Below, piece after piece: positions 21,089-33,910 of a stretch of 64,000 bases of DNA. The position numbers were made by a program, and so were the translations under genes. The notes beneath the pieces are model-generated. The model had not been told where the DNA came from. It saw nothing but the letters and a program-made list of their open reading frames with translations, and did no database searches. Position 1 is the first letter of the stretch. The number at the start of each line of letters is the position of its first letter. The stretch is from Hyaloraphidium curvatum SAG 235-1. Its lineage: Eukaryota > Fungi > Monoblepharomycota. The stretch covers positions 310,001-374,000 of the forward strand of contig JAIVFI010000036.1 of NCBI GenBank assembly GCA_025558095.1, in the 5' to 3' direction.

Positions 21089-22354
21089 TTAACCGGTCCT
21101 GATTCCTCCGCTCCCTTCGCGTATCGCCCGCCTGCAGTCGAGCGCCCCGGCCGCGTCCACCCCCGCGATCCCGATCAGCACCTCGGCCGCCTTCAGAAAG
21201 GTCCGCTCCTCCTCGGCCGTCAGCGTGCCCAGGCCGTACTCGGCCATCCGATCCAGCGTCTTGCACGCCTGCTGCAGCGCCGGAAGTTGATCGCGGAGAG
21301 ATCGGGGGTAGACCTCGGAAAAGACCGAGATCCAGTGCCGGTTCACGAGCGAGAGCAGCTCCGTCGTCGTCCAGGAGCCCGACTTTGGGGGTGAGACGAT
21401 CGAGGGGTCCGCGGAAAGAAGGCGGTGGAAGTGGTGCAGGAAGGCCGGGGTGAGGAGGGCGGGGAGGAGGGCGTGAACCTGCAGGGCCGGCGAAGCCGGT
21501 GCAGGAGGCTTTGATGGTGAAGCAGGCACCGGGAATGTCGCCCTTTCAGGACGAGGTGGGGGATGGTGCTGCGGTGGATCGTCAATGGCCATGTCGTCGT
21601 CGTCGTCCCCGCCGTAGCTGTGCTGGTGATTCGCCGAAGCCCAGCCGACGTGTGGTTCGTGAACCCCCATAGGCGCCGATGAGCGCAACTGCGGTGGGGA
21701 AGCGCTCGTCGGCGAGGAATTCTGGAACAGCGCCCCCGCGACGACATTCTCGGGAGCTCCAATTCGAAAGCGGTCGTTGTCCACGACCGTGATGCCATTC
21801 ACGACAGCCTTGACCGACAGATTCCGGTCGGCCGTCAGCAGCAGCACCCGCCCCGCGTGCGACGCCAGCCACAAGCAGTAAGTGAGGATGTGGTCGTCGT
21901 TGGTCGCGCCCGGCGGCAGCGGCAGAGAGGCGTGCTCGGCGAGAGATTGCCCGACCAGATGTGGCGTCCGCTGTGAAAACAGGGAAAGCAGAAGCCGATT
22001 CGCGTCTGCCGCAAGCCGGCTGAGTTCCGTCCGGTGTGAGCCGCGTTCACCGCGCTGCTCCGACGCGCGCGGGCCTTTCGAGATGGCGTCCAGTTCCGAG
22101 AGCACCGTCCACGGCAGGCACACTGCGTAGAGAGTCCCCGCGGCAGCGACGAGGCGTGCAAATGTCCGCAGATGCGAGAGGAGGAAGTTGGTATCCACGA
22201 CCAGGGGTACACCGCGGACTTCCGACGGCTGCGGCGGCGAAGAGAGGGAGTGCGACGCGTTGAAGGCCGCGGGCGACGCGACCGAGCGGAAAGCAGACAG
22301 CTGGTCGGCCACAACGGTCACTTCGGCATCGTCAAGGTCCATAAAGTCGTCCAT
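21089..22354 (-). CDS. SWT1-like PIN-domain RNA endoribonuclease
   Basis: PIN motifs VVDTNFLL, VLSELD, NDDHIL and LLTADRNL. The C-terminal helical domain contains LLSLVNRHWISVF. ATG at 22354. Confidence 0.8.
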   Translation of the reverse strand: MDDFMDLDDAEVTVVADQLSAFRSVASPAAFNASHSLSSPPQPSEVRGVPLVVDTNFLLSHLRTFARLVAAAGTLYAVCLPWTVLSELDAISKGPRASEQRGERGSHRTELSRLAADANRLLLSLFSQRTPHLVGQSLAEHASLPLPPGATNDDHILTYCLWLASHAGRVLLLTADRNLSVKAVVNGITVVDNDRFRIGAPENVVAGALFQNSSPTSASPPQLRSSAPMGVHEPHVGWASANHQHSYGGDDDDDMAIDDPPQHHPPPRPERATFPVPASPSKPPAPASPALQVHALLPALLTPAFLHHFHRLLSADPSIVSPPKSGSWTTTELLSLVNRHWISVFSEVYPRSLRDQLPALQQACKTLDRMAEYGLGTLTAEEERTFLKAAEVLIGIAGVDAAGALDCRRAIREGSGGIRTG

Positions 22355-22628
22355 TTTGGTTTTCGAAGGCACGAGGGGGAATGTTGGCGTCAGTGGGCCA
22401 GGCAGCGCGTCCAGAGACTCCGAGCCCGCGAACCCGAAACTGGGGGTCCGAAGCCGGTCAGATAGCTTCCAATTCCATGTTTGGCGACATTCAGTGGTCC
22501 GATGGCCTCCGGTGGCGGCGCAATCGTTTCTAATCGCCCGCAGTGGGAGGACTTTCTTGACTTCGCCGATCGTGGGCCGGGGCGCAAGCGGCCCACACAG
22601 TTTGCCCTCTTCTCCCCCGGCGCCCGCG

Positions 22629-24447
22629 ATGGCCAGCGCCGAGTCGACCGGCCTGTTCGGGCCATCGACGGCGGCCGATGGCGCATCGGCGACGCCGGCC
22701 GGCGAGGCGGCAACATCGTCCGCGCTCGCGGCGCTGACGCCGTCAACGGACTTTGCGACGGCGACGACGGCGCTGACCGACGCCCTCTCGTCGGCGGTGG
22801 CCACGGCGCTCACCACGGCGCTGTCGTCGGGCTCCGCATTCGCGACGGCCACGGCCGCGCTGCCGTCCGACCTCCCGGCCTCGGCCACCTCGTCGGCCGC
22901 CGTCGCAAAGCCCACGGACTCGTGCTCCTTCTACGTCAACCCGGCGGTGTTCGACCCATCGACGACGGGATACGCCATTCACGTCACGAGTGGGTGCCCC
23001 GGCCGGGGGTTCGCGCCGCGCCGCTGACCCGTGCCTCCAGCCTGGGTCTTCACCATCGTCTTTGCGACCGTGGCCACCGTGCTCAGCCTGCATCTCATCT
23101 GGAAGCACTTCCAGTACTACTACCGGCCCGAGTTCCAGCGGTACATCGTGCGGATTCTGCTGATGGTGCCCATCTACTCGATCCTGTCGTGCATCTCGTA
23201 CCGCTACGTCTGGTACTCGGTCTACCTCGACGTCCTGCGAGATGCCTACGAAGGATTTGTCTTGTATTCATTCTATCATCTCCTGCTGCATTATCTCGGG
23301 CTGACGCCGGAGGCGCAATCCGCCCGCCTCTCGCACATCTCCCGGAGGAGCCTCCCCGCGCCGCTGTGCTGCGTGCAGTTCAACCCGAGCGGCAAGGCCT
23401 TCCTCGTCAACTGCAAGGCCGCCATCCTGCAGTATGCCGTGCTTAGGCCGACCATGGCCATCGTCGCGGTTATCTTGGAAGGCCTGGGGCTGCTGTGCCC
23501 GGACGAATGGGGGGTCGGCTACGGGCAGTTCTGGGTCACGCTCATCAACTTCACGAGCTGCACAATTGCTCTTGTGAGCTTGACTGCGCTCCGTTTGCCC
23601 CCGTGGTTGCTGATTTCCATTTGGGCCGCAGTACGCGCTCGTGCTCTTCTACGTCGTGACGCACGAGGAGATTGCCGAGCACAAGCCGCTCTACAAGTTC
23701 ATATCCATCAAGTTCGTAATCTTCTTCTCGTACTGGCAGTCCCTGTTCCTCTCCCTGCTCGGGCGCCTCAACCTGATCCCCGAGTCCGAGTACGTCTCCT
23801 CGGCGAACCTGATGGCGGCCATCCAGTCGTTCCTCATCTGCTTCGAGATGATGATCGCCGCGCGGCTGCACCAGTTCGCCTTCCCCTACCAGGACTTTGT
23901 GCCCAAGGGCCCCGGCGGGGAGAACAAGCGCACCGAGGTTTGGATCGGCATCAAGGACAGCCTCAACATGCGCGACTTCGTGCGGGACGTTGAGGAAGGC
24001 CCGCAGCTGGTCGAGGAGGGCCTGCGGAGCGCGGTGGGCTCGCGGACGAGGAAGGCGAGCGGCAACACCAACAAGGATCTGGTGCTCGTGGACCTCGGGC
24101 CGGGGACGGCGCCGGCAGAGGGGCCGAGGAGCGCGCCGGCCGAGGACGAGGACGACGACGACTTTGGGTACGATGCGAGCCGGGATCCGTCCAAGATCCG
24201 GATGGGTGGGGGGTACTCGAACCTGAACCAGTTCGGGATGACGGTTGCCGAGACGGAGGAGGTGTCGAGGCCGGCGCGGGCGGCGACCTCGGCCACCTCG
24301 TCGGCCGTGGGCACGCAGCGCTACGTGCGGAGGGATCCCTTCTCGCTGGACGACAGCGACGAGGAGGAGCCGCAGCTTTGGATGGACGACGATGTGCCGC
24401 TGACGACCAACGGGGGCGGGAAGCCGCCGCCGCCGTCCATTCTTTGA
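22629..24447 (+). CDS. TMEM184 / OST-alpha family membrane protein
   Basis: QRYIVRILLMVPIY, RDAYEGFVLYSF, KFISIKFVIFFSYWQ and LICFEM. Introns near 22990-23040 and 23575-23631. Confidence 0.92.
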
Positions 24448-24703
24448 TGGGCGCGAGCGGGCGATCGGGGATGCCTGGCACGGAAGCAGGAGGCCGGAGG
24501 AAGAATCGGGGCGTGTACAGCAGAATGCATTGCTCAGAACATGGCTATGTTCGCTGTACGTCGGACATCGGTGATGGAGGCGCTCTTCAGGAAAGCTGCG
24601 CGACGCGCTGCTGGCGGCGCTTTGTCCATCATTTTCGTGAACGCGTTTCACCCGGCTTTTTCGCCTTTGAGGCACACGAACGCGCGCTGGGTGACCATCA
24701 GAA

Positions 24704-27700
24704 ATGGCGCCGTCGGCGCCCGTGGACGTTCGCGCTGCGGTGGAGCGCGCCGGGCCGGTCCTTGACCTGGAGGACACGGACGAACCCCTCGGTCCCGCGG
24801 GCGCTCGGGCCCTCGCCGACGCCCTCGAGGGCAACGACCGGTTCGAGCACATCAGCATCGCGTTCGGCAACGTCGGCGACGCGGGCGCGAGCGCTGTCGC
24901 GGACTCGCTTCACGGGCACCGGGCGCTCCGGAAACTGAACATGAGCAACAACGGACTGGGCGACGACGGGGCGGCGAGCGTCGCCGAGCTGCTCAAAGCC
25001 AACACCGAAGTCGAGGAGATCAAGCTCGGAAGCAACCGCATCGGCATCGGGGGGCTGCAGTCCATCGCGGACGCGTTGGTCGCCCGGGGCGGCATCCACG
25101 CACTTGATCTCTCGGGGAACGGGGTGGGACCGGACGGTACACGTGCTCTGGTGGGTGTGGCAAAGGAGAATCGTCACCTTTGCCAGCTCAATCTTGTGGA
25201 CAACAAGATTGGGGACGAAGGTGCGGCTCTCATCGCCGACGCCATCAAGCAAGGCGCCGCCATCAAGCACCTTCGCTTGCATTTCAACGGCATCGGACCC
25301 GCCGGCGCTCGGTCGCTCGCCAATGCGCTCATAGACAACACGGTCCTGGAAAGCCTGCATCTGGCTGGGAACACCATTGGCGATGCCGGGGTCAAGGCTC
25401 TCGCCGCCGCCCTGATACAGAACACGACCATGACGGAGCTTGACATTGCCGGCAACGGCATCGGCCCCGACGGTGGTGCCACCTTCCTGGAAATGCTGCG
25501 GAAGAACGTCGACTTAACAAAAGTGGACGTTCGTGGCAATCGCTTCTCGTTGCCGGACATTTCTGGGCTCGATATTGTACAATCGCCGTTGGAATCCAGG
25601 TCTCCCAACCTGAAGGGAGAGCATCATTCTGCCGAGGATGGCCAGGGTGGAGAGAAACAGGGCGGAGAGGACCACGACCACGACACCTCGTCGAGCGACG
25701 CCGAGGCGCCGCACGATGCCGAACCAAACGGTGCCGTCAGCGAGCGTGAACGGCACGGACATTTGCCTCCTGGACTTGGAAGTGCTCCTGCAGCTGCAGT
25801 CTCACCTTCCTACCCTCCGGGGTTGGGCCCGGCGCGGAAGTACCCGCCTGGGCTGCCCATACCCAAGGATGACGCGGTAACCGGCAATGCGATCGCACAT
25901 TCGCATGCCGCAGGCGGTCAAGCCGGTGCTAGTCAGGGCGGCGAGGAACGGGTTCGGTCGAATGCGGCCGAAATCGGCAGCATGCTTTTGGTTGCGGTTC
26001 GTCCACCTTGTGCGCAGATCCGCGAAGTGAAGACGTTGACTCGGCCCCACAGGGAAACGACTTCACCGCCGACTCTGCTGCCGGGCTCGATTTCCCATGG
26101 TGGCATTTCCTCCTCGACACCGAGGAAAAGGGGCTGCAAGCTGCGGACCAGATACGCGACGCGATTGACGCTGTGGAAAAGAACTTCAAGGAGGTGCAGC
26201 AACTCAAGGACGAGGTATCGAACAACATGAAGGAGTACACAACATTGCAAGCGAGGATCCGCAAGTCGAAGAAATCAGTTCCGGAGGCCCTCGTCAAGAA
26301 GCGGGGAGAGAACCTGGATTTGGTGCTCGCTGCGCTAAACAACGGGCTGCGGCTCGAAGAAAACATAAGAGACGACGTCGAGACGTACATGGAGTTGCTC
26401 GAGGGCTGGCGAGAGGACTTGGAGAACTATGAGGACGACATGGGCGCTTTCCTTAGGGACGCTCCCGGGAACGAGGTAGTCACCCCCGAGGATGCTCTGA
26501 GGGCTGTTCTGGCATGGAGAACGGGACCGGCCGCGACGAACGATGAGACGATCTCTCGTCTCTCGTCCATGACTCTGCCCGAGGAGTACGAGTCAACGCC
26601 CCTTGCTGCGGTGATGAGCGCGACGGCCCGCCTCCTGCGATCTGTCGACATGGCCATAGAACACGGCAAGACTCTGCAGCGGATGGCCGAGGAGTTTCGG
26701 AAGCAGCAGAGGCAGCTTTCGACTGAGCCTCCGACGCCGGACTTGCTGCACAGCCTGCAGGCAGATCTCGGGGCGTTGAAAGAGGGTTTGCTGGGCGGCC
26801 GGATCAAGTTGCGTTCGGCGAGGCGAAGGAAAGACCCTGGTCTTGCGGAGCTGGAGCGGAGCGTCGCCGACCTGGAAAGGAAGAACAAGGAGGGCCTGAT
26901 CGTGAATCGCATCGCGGACGAACGCGCTCGCCTGTATCGCGTGGCCGAGCGGCTTTATCCCGAGCTTCTCGTCGAAGGCAGCGATTTTTCCAAAGCGATC
27001 AAAGTTCAGCTCGAATCAGTCGACTACGAAGCCCAGAGGCTCGGCTTGGTGCACGAGGGCCTCTCCCTCGCCTCTTTCACCGAGCTTCAAGTTCTGGCCC
27101 CGGCCCGCAAGTCGCTCAAGGTTGCGGATGCAGCCGGTTTGACCTGGGTCATCAAGCGTTTCCAGCCGGCCGGGGCGGATCAGTTGCGGCACTTCTATCG
27201 GCAAGCTTCGAACCTTAGGAGGCTCCGCGACCCTCACGTCCTTTCGGTGGCTGCTGTCTTCAAGGACGGCGACGACTACTGCTGGCAGCTGCCCTACTTC
27301 CGAGGGGGAAATCTGGAACAGTGGCTTCGGACGAATCGGGTCGGAACGAGGGATCGCGCGGTCGCGCAGCGAATCATGAACGACGTCCTCAAAGGCCTCA
27401 AGCACCTCCATGAGAAAGATTTCGTGCACGGCGACATCAAGCCGAGCAATATCCTCCTGTCGCAGGACGGAAGGGCCGTGCTCTCCGACTTTGACGGGAT
27501 CCGCGATGTCGACGCCTCTGCGTCGCAAACGTACTGGGCTCCTGAGCTCAAGTCCGGCAAGGCGAAGCGTTTCACCCAGGCCACGGACGTGTTTGCGGTC
27601 GGGTTTATTGCCCAGGAGGTTTTCGAGGGCATGAAGTGGAACTGGAAGAACGGCGTCGACAAGATGATGTCGCAGCGGGAGGATTTGCGCCCGAAGGCCG

Positions 27701-28437
27701 GCGATTGCGTCCAGTGGGCGACATTTTCGGCGCCCGAGGCCAACGTCGTCACCTGTGGATCCTGCTTCGAGATCTTTGACGCGGATGCCGGTCTGTCTTG
27801 CGCGGAGGGCCACTTCCTCTGCACGCCGTGCCTGGAGCGGCGTCTCGCACATCTGACGAGCCTTGACGGGCCTCTGGCGTTCTCTGGACTGTACTTCGGC
27901 AACATGTCCTGCTGGGAACCCGACTGCGACGCCCCGGAGCTCAACGCCGAGACGATCGCCGAAGTGGTCAGTCCGCCCGTGTTCAGCGCCTACGTGGACG
28001 GTCTCTCCGAGCTGCAAAGGGCCCAAGATGAGAAGGAGCGATCGGAAAGCCTGCGACATGCCGCGTACATCAGCAAACGCATCCTGCTTCCGCGCTGCCC
28101 CCGATGCGGCAAGACGGCCGAGTTCTCCGGTTCGCTTGCCATGTGTTGCAGCGATGAGCGCAAGTGTCGGGGGTCTTTCTGCGCCTTCTGCCGCGAAGAT
28201 TGTGGCGTTACCCCGGTTGAACACCTCGTGGCCTGCAGATTCAACAGTGGCTACCGGGATGCTTTTGCCCCGCCGGAGATCTTTGAAGCCGCTAATGCCC
28301 AATGGGTGAAGCGAATGGTTGTCGACTACTGGAAGCGAGAAGTTGCAGGGCTTGAGGAAGAGGAGAAGGAGGCCACAAGGGAGGCCGTGAAGCAGGATTT
28401 GGCGAAGTACGGGATCGACGTGGACACGCTGCCATGA
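24704..28437 (+). CDS. Multidomain protein (~1225 aa): RI-type LRRs, PPGL linker, coiled coil, atypical Ser/Thr kinase, RING, Rcat/RING2-like domain
   Basis: A phase-0 intron at 25997-26052 (GTTCGT...CCACAG) joins ORF 24704 to ORF 26008. About 9 LxxLxLxxNxIGDxGA repeats. Kinase VIK, HGDIKPSN, SDFDG, WAPE. C3HC4-type RING, then CPRC...C...C..FCAFC..C....H...C. Confidence 0.82.
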
Positions 28438-28521
28438 GCGTCAATGTCTGGCACGCTCTTTGTCGTGGACTGATGCATGGAACTCTCAAGCTAGGATGCA
28501 CATTGTAGGAATGGAATGACT

Positions 28522-31307
28522 TTACACATCACGAGTGACCGGCGGCCCGTCTGGGGCTCTGATCGATTCCAGCTTTGCAAACAAGGTTGGGCTCGTCCAC
28601 CATGAACAGGGTTCGTCAGGAGAACCTTGCGAAAGGCCGCGAACGCCCGCATGCCGGTCTGCCTCCGGCTTGCCGATCCTGATCGCTCCGGCAAGGTCGC
28701 CCAAGACACGCTCGCATCGCCGCCAGAAAACGATCAGACAACCGAGCAGAATCGTCAGCGCCACAGGTGCCGAAACGTAGAGGCCCTTGGTGGTTAGAAT
28801 CCCGAGCAAAGTAAGCACTTGAATGACCTGTGCGGGATCCGGCTCAAGCAGGGCAAAAGGTACCGAGTACCGTCAAGACTCACAAGCGCAAGCAAACAAC
28901 GACCAGCTAGAGCGGCCGCAAGACCGGCCCGCGCCATCCCGTGACCCGTCGTGCCGCCGGGAGGTTGATGCCAGAAAATGTAGGAGAACTTGTAGCTGCG
29001 ACGATTCGATGGGAGATCAGAGGAACCAATCGCGTGCGACACATCTCCCAATGAGCTTACGAGAAGTAAAGCATCAAGAAGTAGAAGGAGACGAATGGCA
29101 GGATCAATGGTTGAACTTGAGCAAACACGAGGCCAAGAGTCAGCACCAGAACTGGCGTGACCCTGCGAACAAATCAGACGGCGAAACAGCGAGCGCCCAG
29201 TATCACCCACATCTCGCTGCCTATTCGGACCGCCGCCGCGCTCTCTCGAAAGTTTTCCTTCTTCCTGGCCGTCCATTTGGAAAAGAAGAAGATCCCAAGC
29301 AGGACGGTCAAGATGTCCAAAGGCCGCAGCAACCACGCCGACGTCACGGAGGTGAAGGCCTGCACCTGGACGTAGTTCACGAAGAAGCTGCCCGTGTTCA
29401 CGAGGCTGTCGCCGAGCAGCTTCGGAATGCGGCCGGGGTCGATGATGATTTCTGTGAGGGTGCTGAATAAACCGGAGGAAAGAGGGATCACGAAGATGAG
29501 ATTGAAGAGCAAGTAAACATGGAAGGAGCGGAAAAGGGCCAGGGCCAGTGCGGGAAGCGTAGGAAGCATGGGAGGCGGCAGGAACTTGAGAATCGCTGGA
29601 GTTGATGGTGAGAAGGCTTTCCATAGACACGTCGGCATCTCACGAACCGAGGAGCAGGCTTGGTAGCAGCGCTTGCCAGATCGAAACCACCAGCGCCGGA
29701 ATCAGACCCTGAATCAATCCGACTGCAGCCGGCGGCAGCGCCTCGATTCCGCTTTGGAGCCAGGGAAACAAGTTGGCGAGGTTGTCGAGGTTCAGAAGCC
29801 CAACGATGAATCCGACGGGTATAGTCCATGCAACCGAGATCGCAAGCACCGTGGCCCAGACCCCGAGGGTGCGAGCTACATACAGCAGCCTCGGTGTGCG
29901 CTTCCCGAGGCGAGACCAGGCGATGTCTGCCATGGCAGGGCCAGCGACGATGCGGAAGCGGGGCGAGAGCACGTAGTTGAGCGCGCCAACTGGCCGATCG
30001 TAGGTGGACGGGGCCAGAAGGGCGCGTGCGGCAGCAAGAGCGGTATCGGCGTCGTCGAAAGCAACGAAGGCGGCGCAGCGTTTCGTCCGATCGACGTGTT
30101 CGGCGACGGCACGGCGCTGGTCGGCGATCTTGAACTCGAGGCGGCGTAGCTCCCGGTAGTCGGCTTCCAGAGAGTCGAGGAAAGACGGGGAGAGCTTGAC
30201 CTTGACGTCGTCGGTGGGCCTACGGATCTGTTGGGTGAACGTCAGGACCGAGACGAGGTCTCGTTGCAGCAGAATGTGGGGCTCTCACTGCCGCGGGAAC
30301 GCCCAACATCGCTTGAAGTGCCTTCGCGTCCACTCCTGCCTTCCAAGCATCTTGCAGTTTCGCCTCGATCCTCTCGATTGCGTCCATCCGCTTCCCGACG
30401 GTCTTTTCCAGGTCGGACGTGTCTCTCACGAACTCGACGCACGCGACCCGCGATCCCGGCACCACGCAGCCCAGGAACCCGCGCAGCGCATGCTCCGTCC
30501 TCAGATCGGGAGGGATATGGAGCAGCAGCACCGCGTGCTCGAACAGCTCCCCCTCTGCAGGCAGCGGTGCCGCGGGAGCGGGGTCGATAGCTTCCGAGAC
30601 CATGACGGCCGAGTCCTTGGGCTCCCGCCAGTGCCTCCTCCTCCCCTCCGAGAGAATGGCGCCCCACCATCCGCCGATCGAAGCCGCAGAAACCAGCACG
30701 AGGATCCAGCCTATCGCGAGATGCACGGGGAGGCGGTCCGAGCCCGACGGCAGGTTCACGATCGAGATCGACGAGAGCCAGTCCGCGTTGGGCTGCGCCG
30801 TGGCGTGCAGCGGGATGAGCACGGGGCAGAAAAGGAGGGAAAGGAAGACGAAGAGGGAGAGGGCGGTTCGGAGGAACGCCAGGACCTGCAGCGATCGTTC
30901 AACGTTGAGCAGGTGAGAAAGAGGAAGAGAGAGGAGCGAAAACCCACAGTCGCAGCATCCTCCCCCTTGGCAAGTGCTATCTCGTCAATGCTTGTGCTCC
31001 ACAGCGCGCCGAGGACCGAGCTCGACTTGCTTCCAGGCGGAGGCCCAGCGCGATACTTGGCGAGCACTGTGGCCCAGAACCCCCGTTCCGGCCTCTTGAC
31101 TTGCTCATCTCCCGCTTCCGCATCGCCGATGGTCTTGTCCTTGCCCCACTGCCTGTTCGCAAGCCAAACCAGGGCGACCAGCGAGACCATCAGGGCCGAG
31201 CCAACGATGGCGTTGAAAATCAGCGGCGCGACGATGTCGGTGGTCGCCGAGGGAGGCTCGGACGAGGTTGGATCGGGCGAGTTCGAAAGCTGCCGAGGAC
31301 TGGCCAT
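28522..31307 (-). CDS. CSC1/OSCA/TMEM63 family mechano-/osmosensitive cation channel (multi-exon)
   Basis: SIDEIALAKGEDAAT, LSSISIVNLP.GSDRL..HL, AGPAMADIAWSRLG, WTIPVGFIVGL.NLDNL, GLIQGLIP and GSFFVNYV. Exon boundaries are approximate. Confidence 0.8.
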
Positions 31308-31693
31308 ATTTGCGCTTTGCCGCGGGGGAGACTTCTGCTGAAAGATGCTGACGGTGCGCTGCCTTCGCCTAGCGGGACGGCCCCCAAAACCAAAACGTCA
31401 AAACAGTTGGGGCGGAACCGCGCAGGCAGCCCTTTCTGTCGAGAGGCCGGACAAACTCAAAGGTTCGGAGGGTCCGCCAACCTCACCATGATTGAAAGAT
31501 TTCGGGGGTCCGCGATGCAACTCCGGCGGCGGCCGGGCTTCGAACAGACGGATCTGGTATCGTACCTATTCGCATCAGCGGCAAGCAGGCTATTCAAATC
31601 AGCGGCAAACAGGCCACTGGGGTTGTCGCAAGGAGGATATTGCCGGTGGTTGACGGAGCGGTCGATACGGCAGCGGGGGAGAACGAAGAAGAA

Positions 31694-31950
31694 AGGCCGA
31701 AGTCGTTAGAACAGTGGCGGAGGAGAAAAGCAGGTCGCCCGGCCACCGCGTAGGTTTCCTTGGAAGTTTGTGGAAGGAGCAACGGGGCCGACATGGAGTG
31801 AGGCTTCCGCGGATGCCGCAGACACGAGCTTTCGAGCGGCTCAACGCGCAGACGTTGGAGCTTGGCGACCGAAGAAGATCAGAACCGCAGGAGGCACCAA
31901 TTTGACGATCGGACAGCGGAAGAGAACGGCCGAGATGGAGATCAGCCGGG
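31694..31950. repeat. Dispersed non-coding repeat, copy 2 (partner at 17425-17688)
   Basis: Collinear with copy 1 apart from small indels. Lies in the divergent intergenic region between the CSC1-like gene and the EEF1AKMT4-like gene. Confidence 0.9.
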
Positions 31951-32064
31951 CTTCATACACATGTATACGTGGCCAGCCGCAATCGTCGATCGCACGCGCG
32001 AAGATTCGACGTGCAGGATTCGACGCCTAGACAAACGCGTGAACACCCTCCGCATCCCGCCTCG

Positions 32065-32763
32065 ATGGAGCCCTCCTCTGGCTCCTCCGGCACCGACCGC
32101 CTCCCTCCGACTTCGGACTATACCCTCCGCTCCTACTGGGACCGCCGCTTTGCCTCGGAAAAGGAGCACGACTGGCTCTGCACGTTCGCCGACGTCTCTG
32201 CCCAAATCGAACCCCTCATGGACGCCGTGATGCGGAGAAAGGGCCGGGAAGGGCACGATGCGCGGGTGTTGCTCGTCGGGGTCGGGAACTCGGCGTTACC
32301 GAAGGAGATGGCGGCCGCGGGGTACCGCGACATCGCCGCGACGGACTACTCCGAGGTGGTCATCGAGCGGTGCTCGCGGGAGCAGGGCGATTTCGGCGGC
32401 GCGGTCCGGTGGGAGGTTATGGACATGCGTGAGCTGCGGTACCCGGACGGGAGCTTCGACGTCGTGTTCGACAAGGCGGCCATGGATGCGGTTCTGGCCG
32501 TCGGCGGGGACAGGTGGGAGCCGGATCCGGAGCTGCTTCGGACAACAGATGTCATCCTGAAGGAGGCGTGGCGGGTGTTGAGTCCCGGCGGGGTGTATTT
32601 GCAGATCTCGTTCTCGCAGCCGCACTTCAGGAAGCAGTTCCTGCTGTCGGAAGGCGGTGGCGCGTGGAAGGGGTTCCGCAAGGAGAGCGTGGACCGCGGG
32701 CTCGGCTACTTTCTGTACCTCATGTACCGGGCCGAGCCGGAAGAAGGAACGGGCGGGGCGTGA
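32065..32763 (+). CDS. EEF1A lysine methyltransferase 4 / METTL13 N-terminal-like methyltransferase
   Basis: YWDRRF...HDWL, LLVGVGNS, TDYSEVVI, VMDMREL..FDVVFDKAAMDA and ISFSQPHFR. Confidence 0.85.
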   Translation: MEPSSGSSGTDRLPPTSDYTLRSYWDRRFASEKEHDWLCTFADVSAQIEPLMDAVMRRKGREGHDARVLLVGVGNSALPKEMAAAGYRDIAATDYSEVVIERCSREQGDFGGAVRWEVMDMRELRYPDGSFDVVFDKAAMDAVLAVGGDRWEPDPELLRTTDVILKEAWRVLSPGGVYLQISFSQPHFRKQFLLSEGGGAWKGFRKESVDRGLGYFLYLMYRAEPEEGTGGA

Positions 32764-32902
32764 GCCGCATGGGCAGGGAATCTCTGGCACGGTTGGCAGG
32801 CACGGTCGTGGTGACAGTCACGCTGGCACCATGATCCATTACGGCATTACAAACTCTAGCTGTCTAATCTACACGTGGATATCGTCCCCCTCGTCCGTGC
32901 GC

Positions 32903-33815
<913 letters not shown>

Positions 33816-33910
33816 CTAGCAGGTCAAGGCCCCGAAAATCGAGGCCTCTCAGTCCTGCCTTGAAACCAATCCCACCTCCCCTCCCCCCTCCCCCAGCGCC
33901 CGCCACCACG

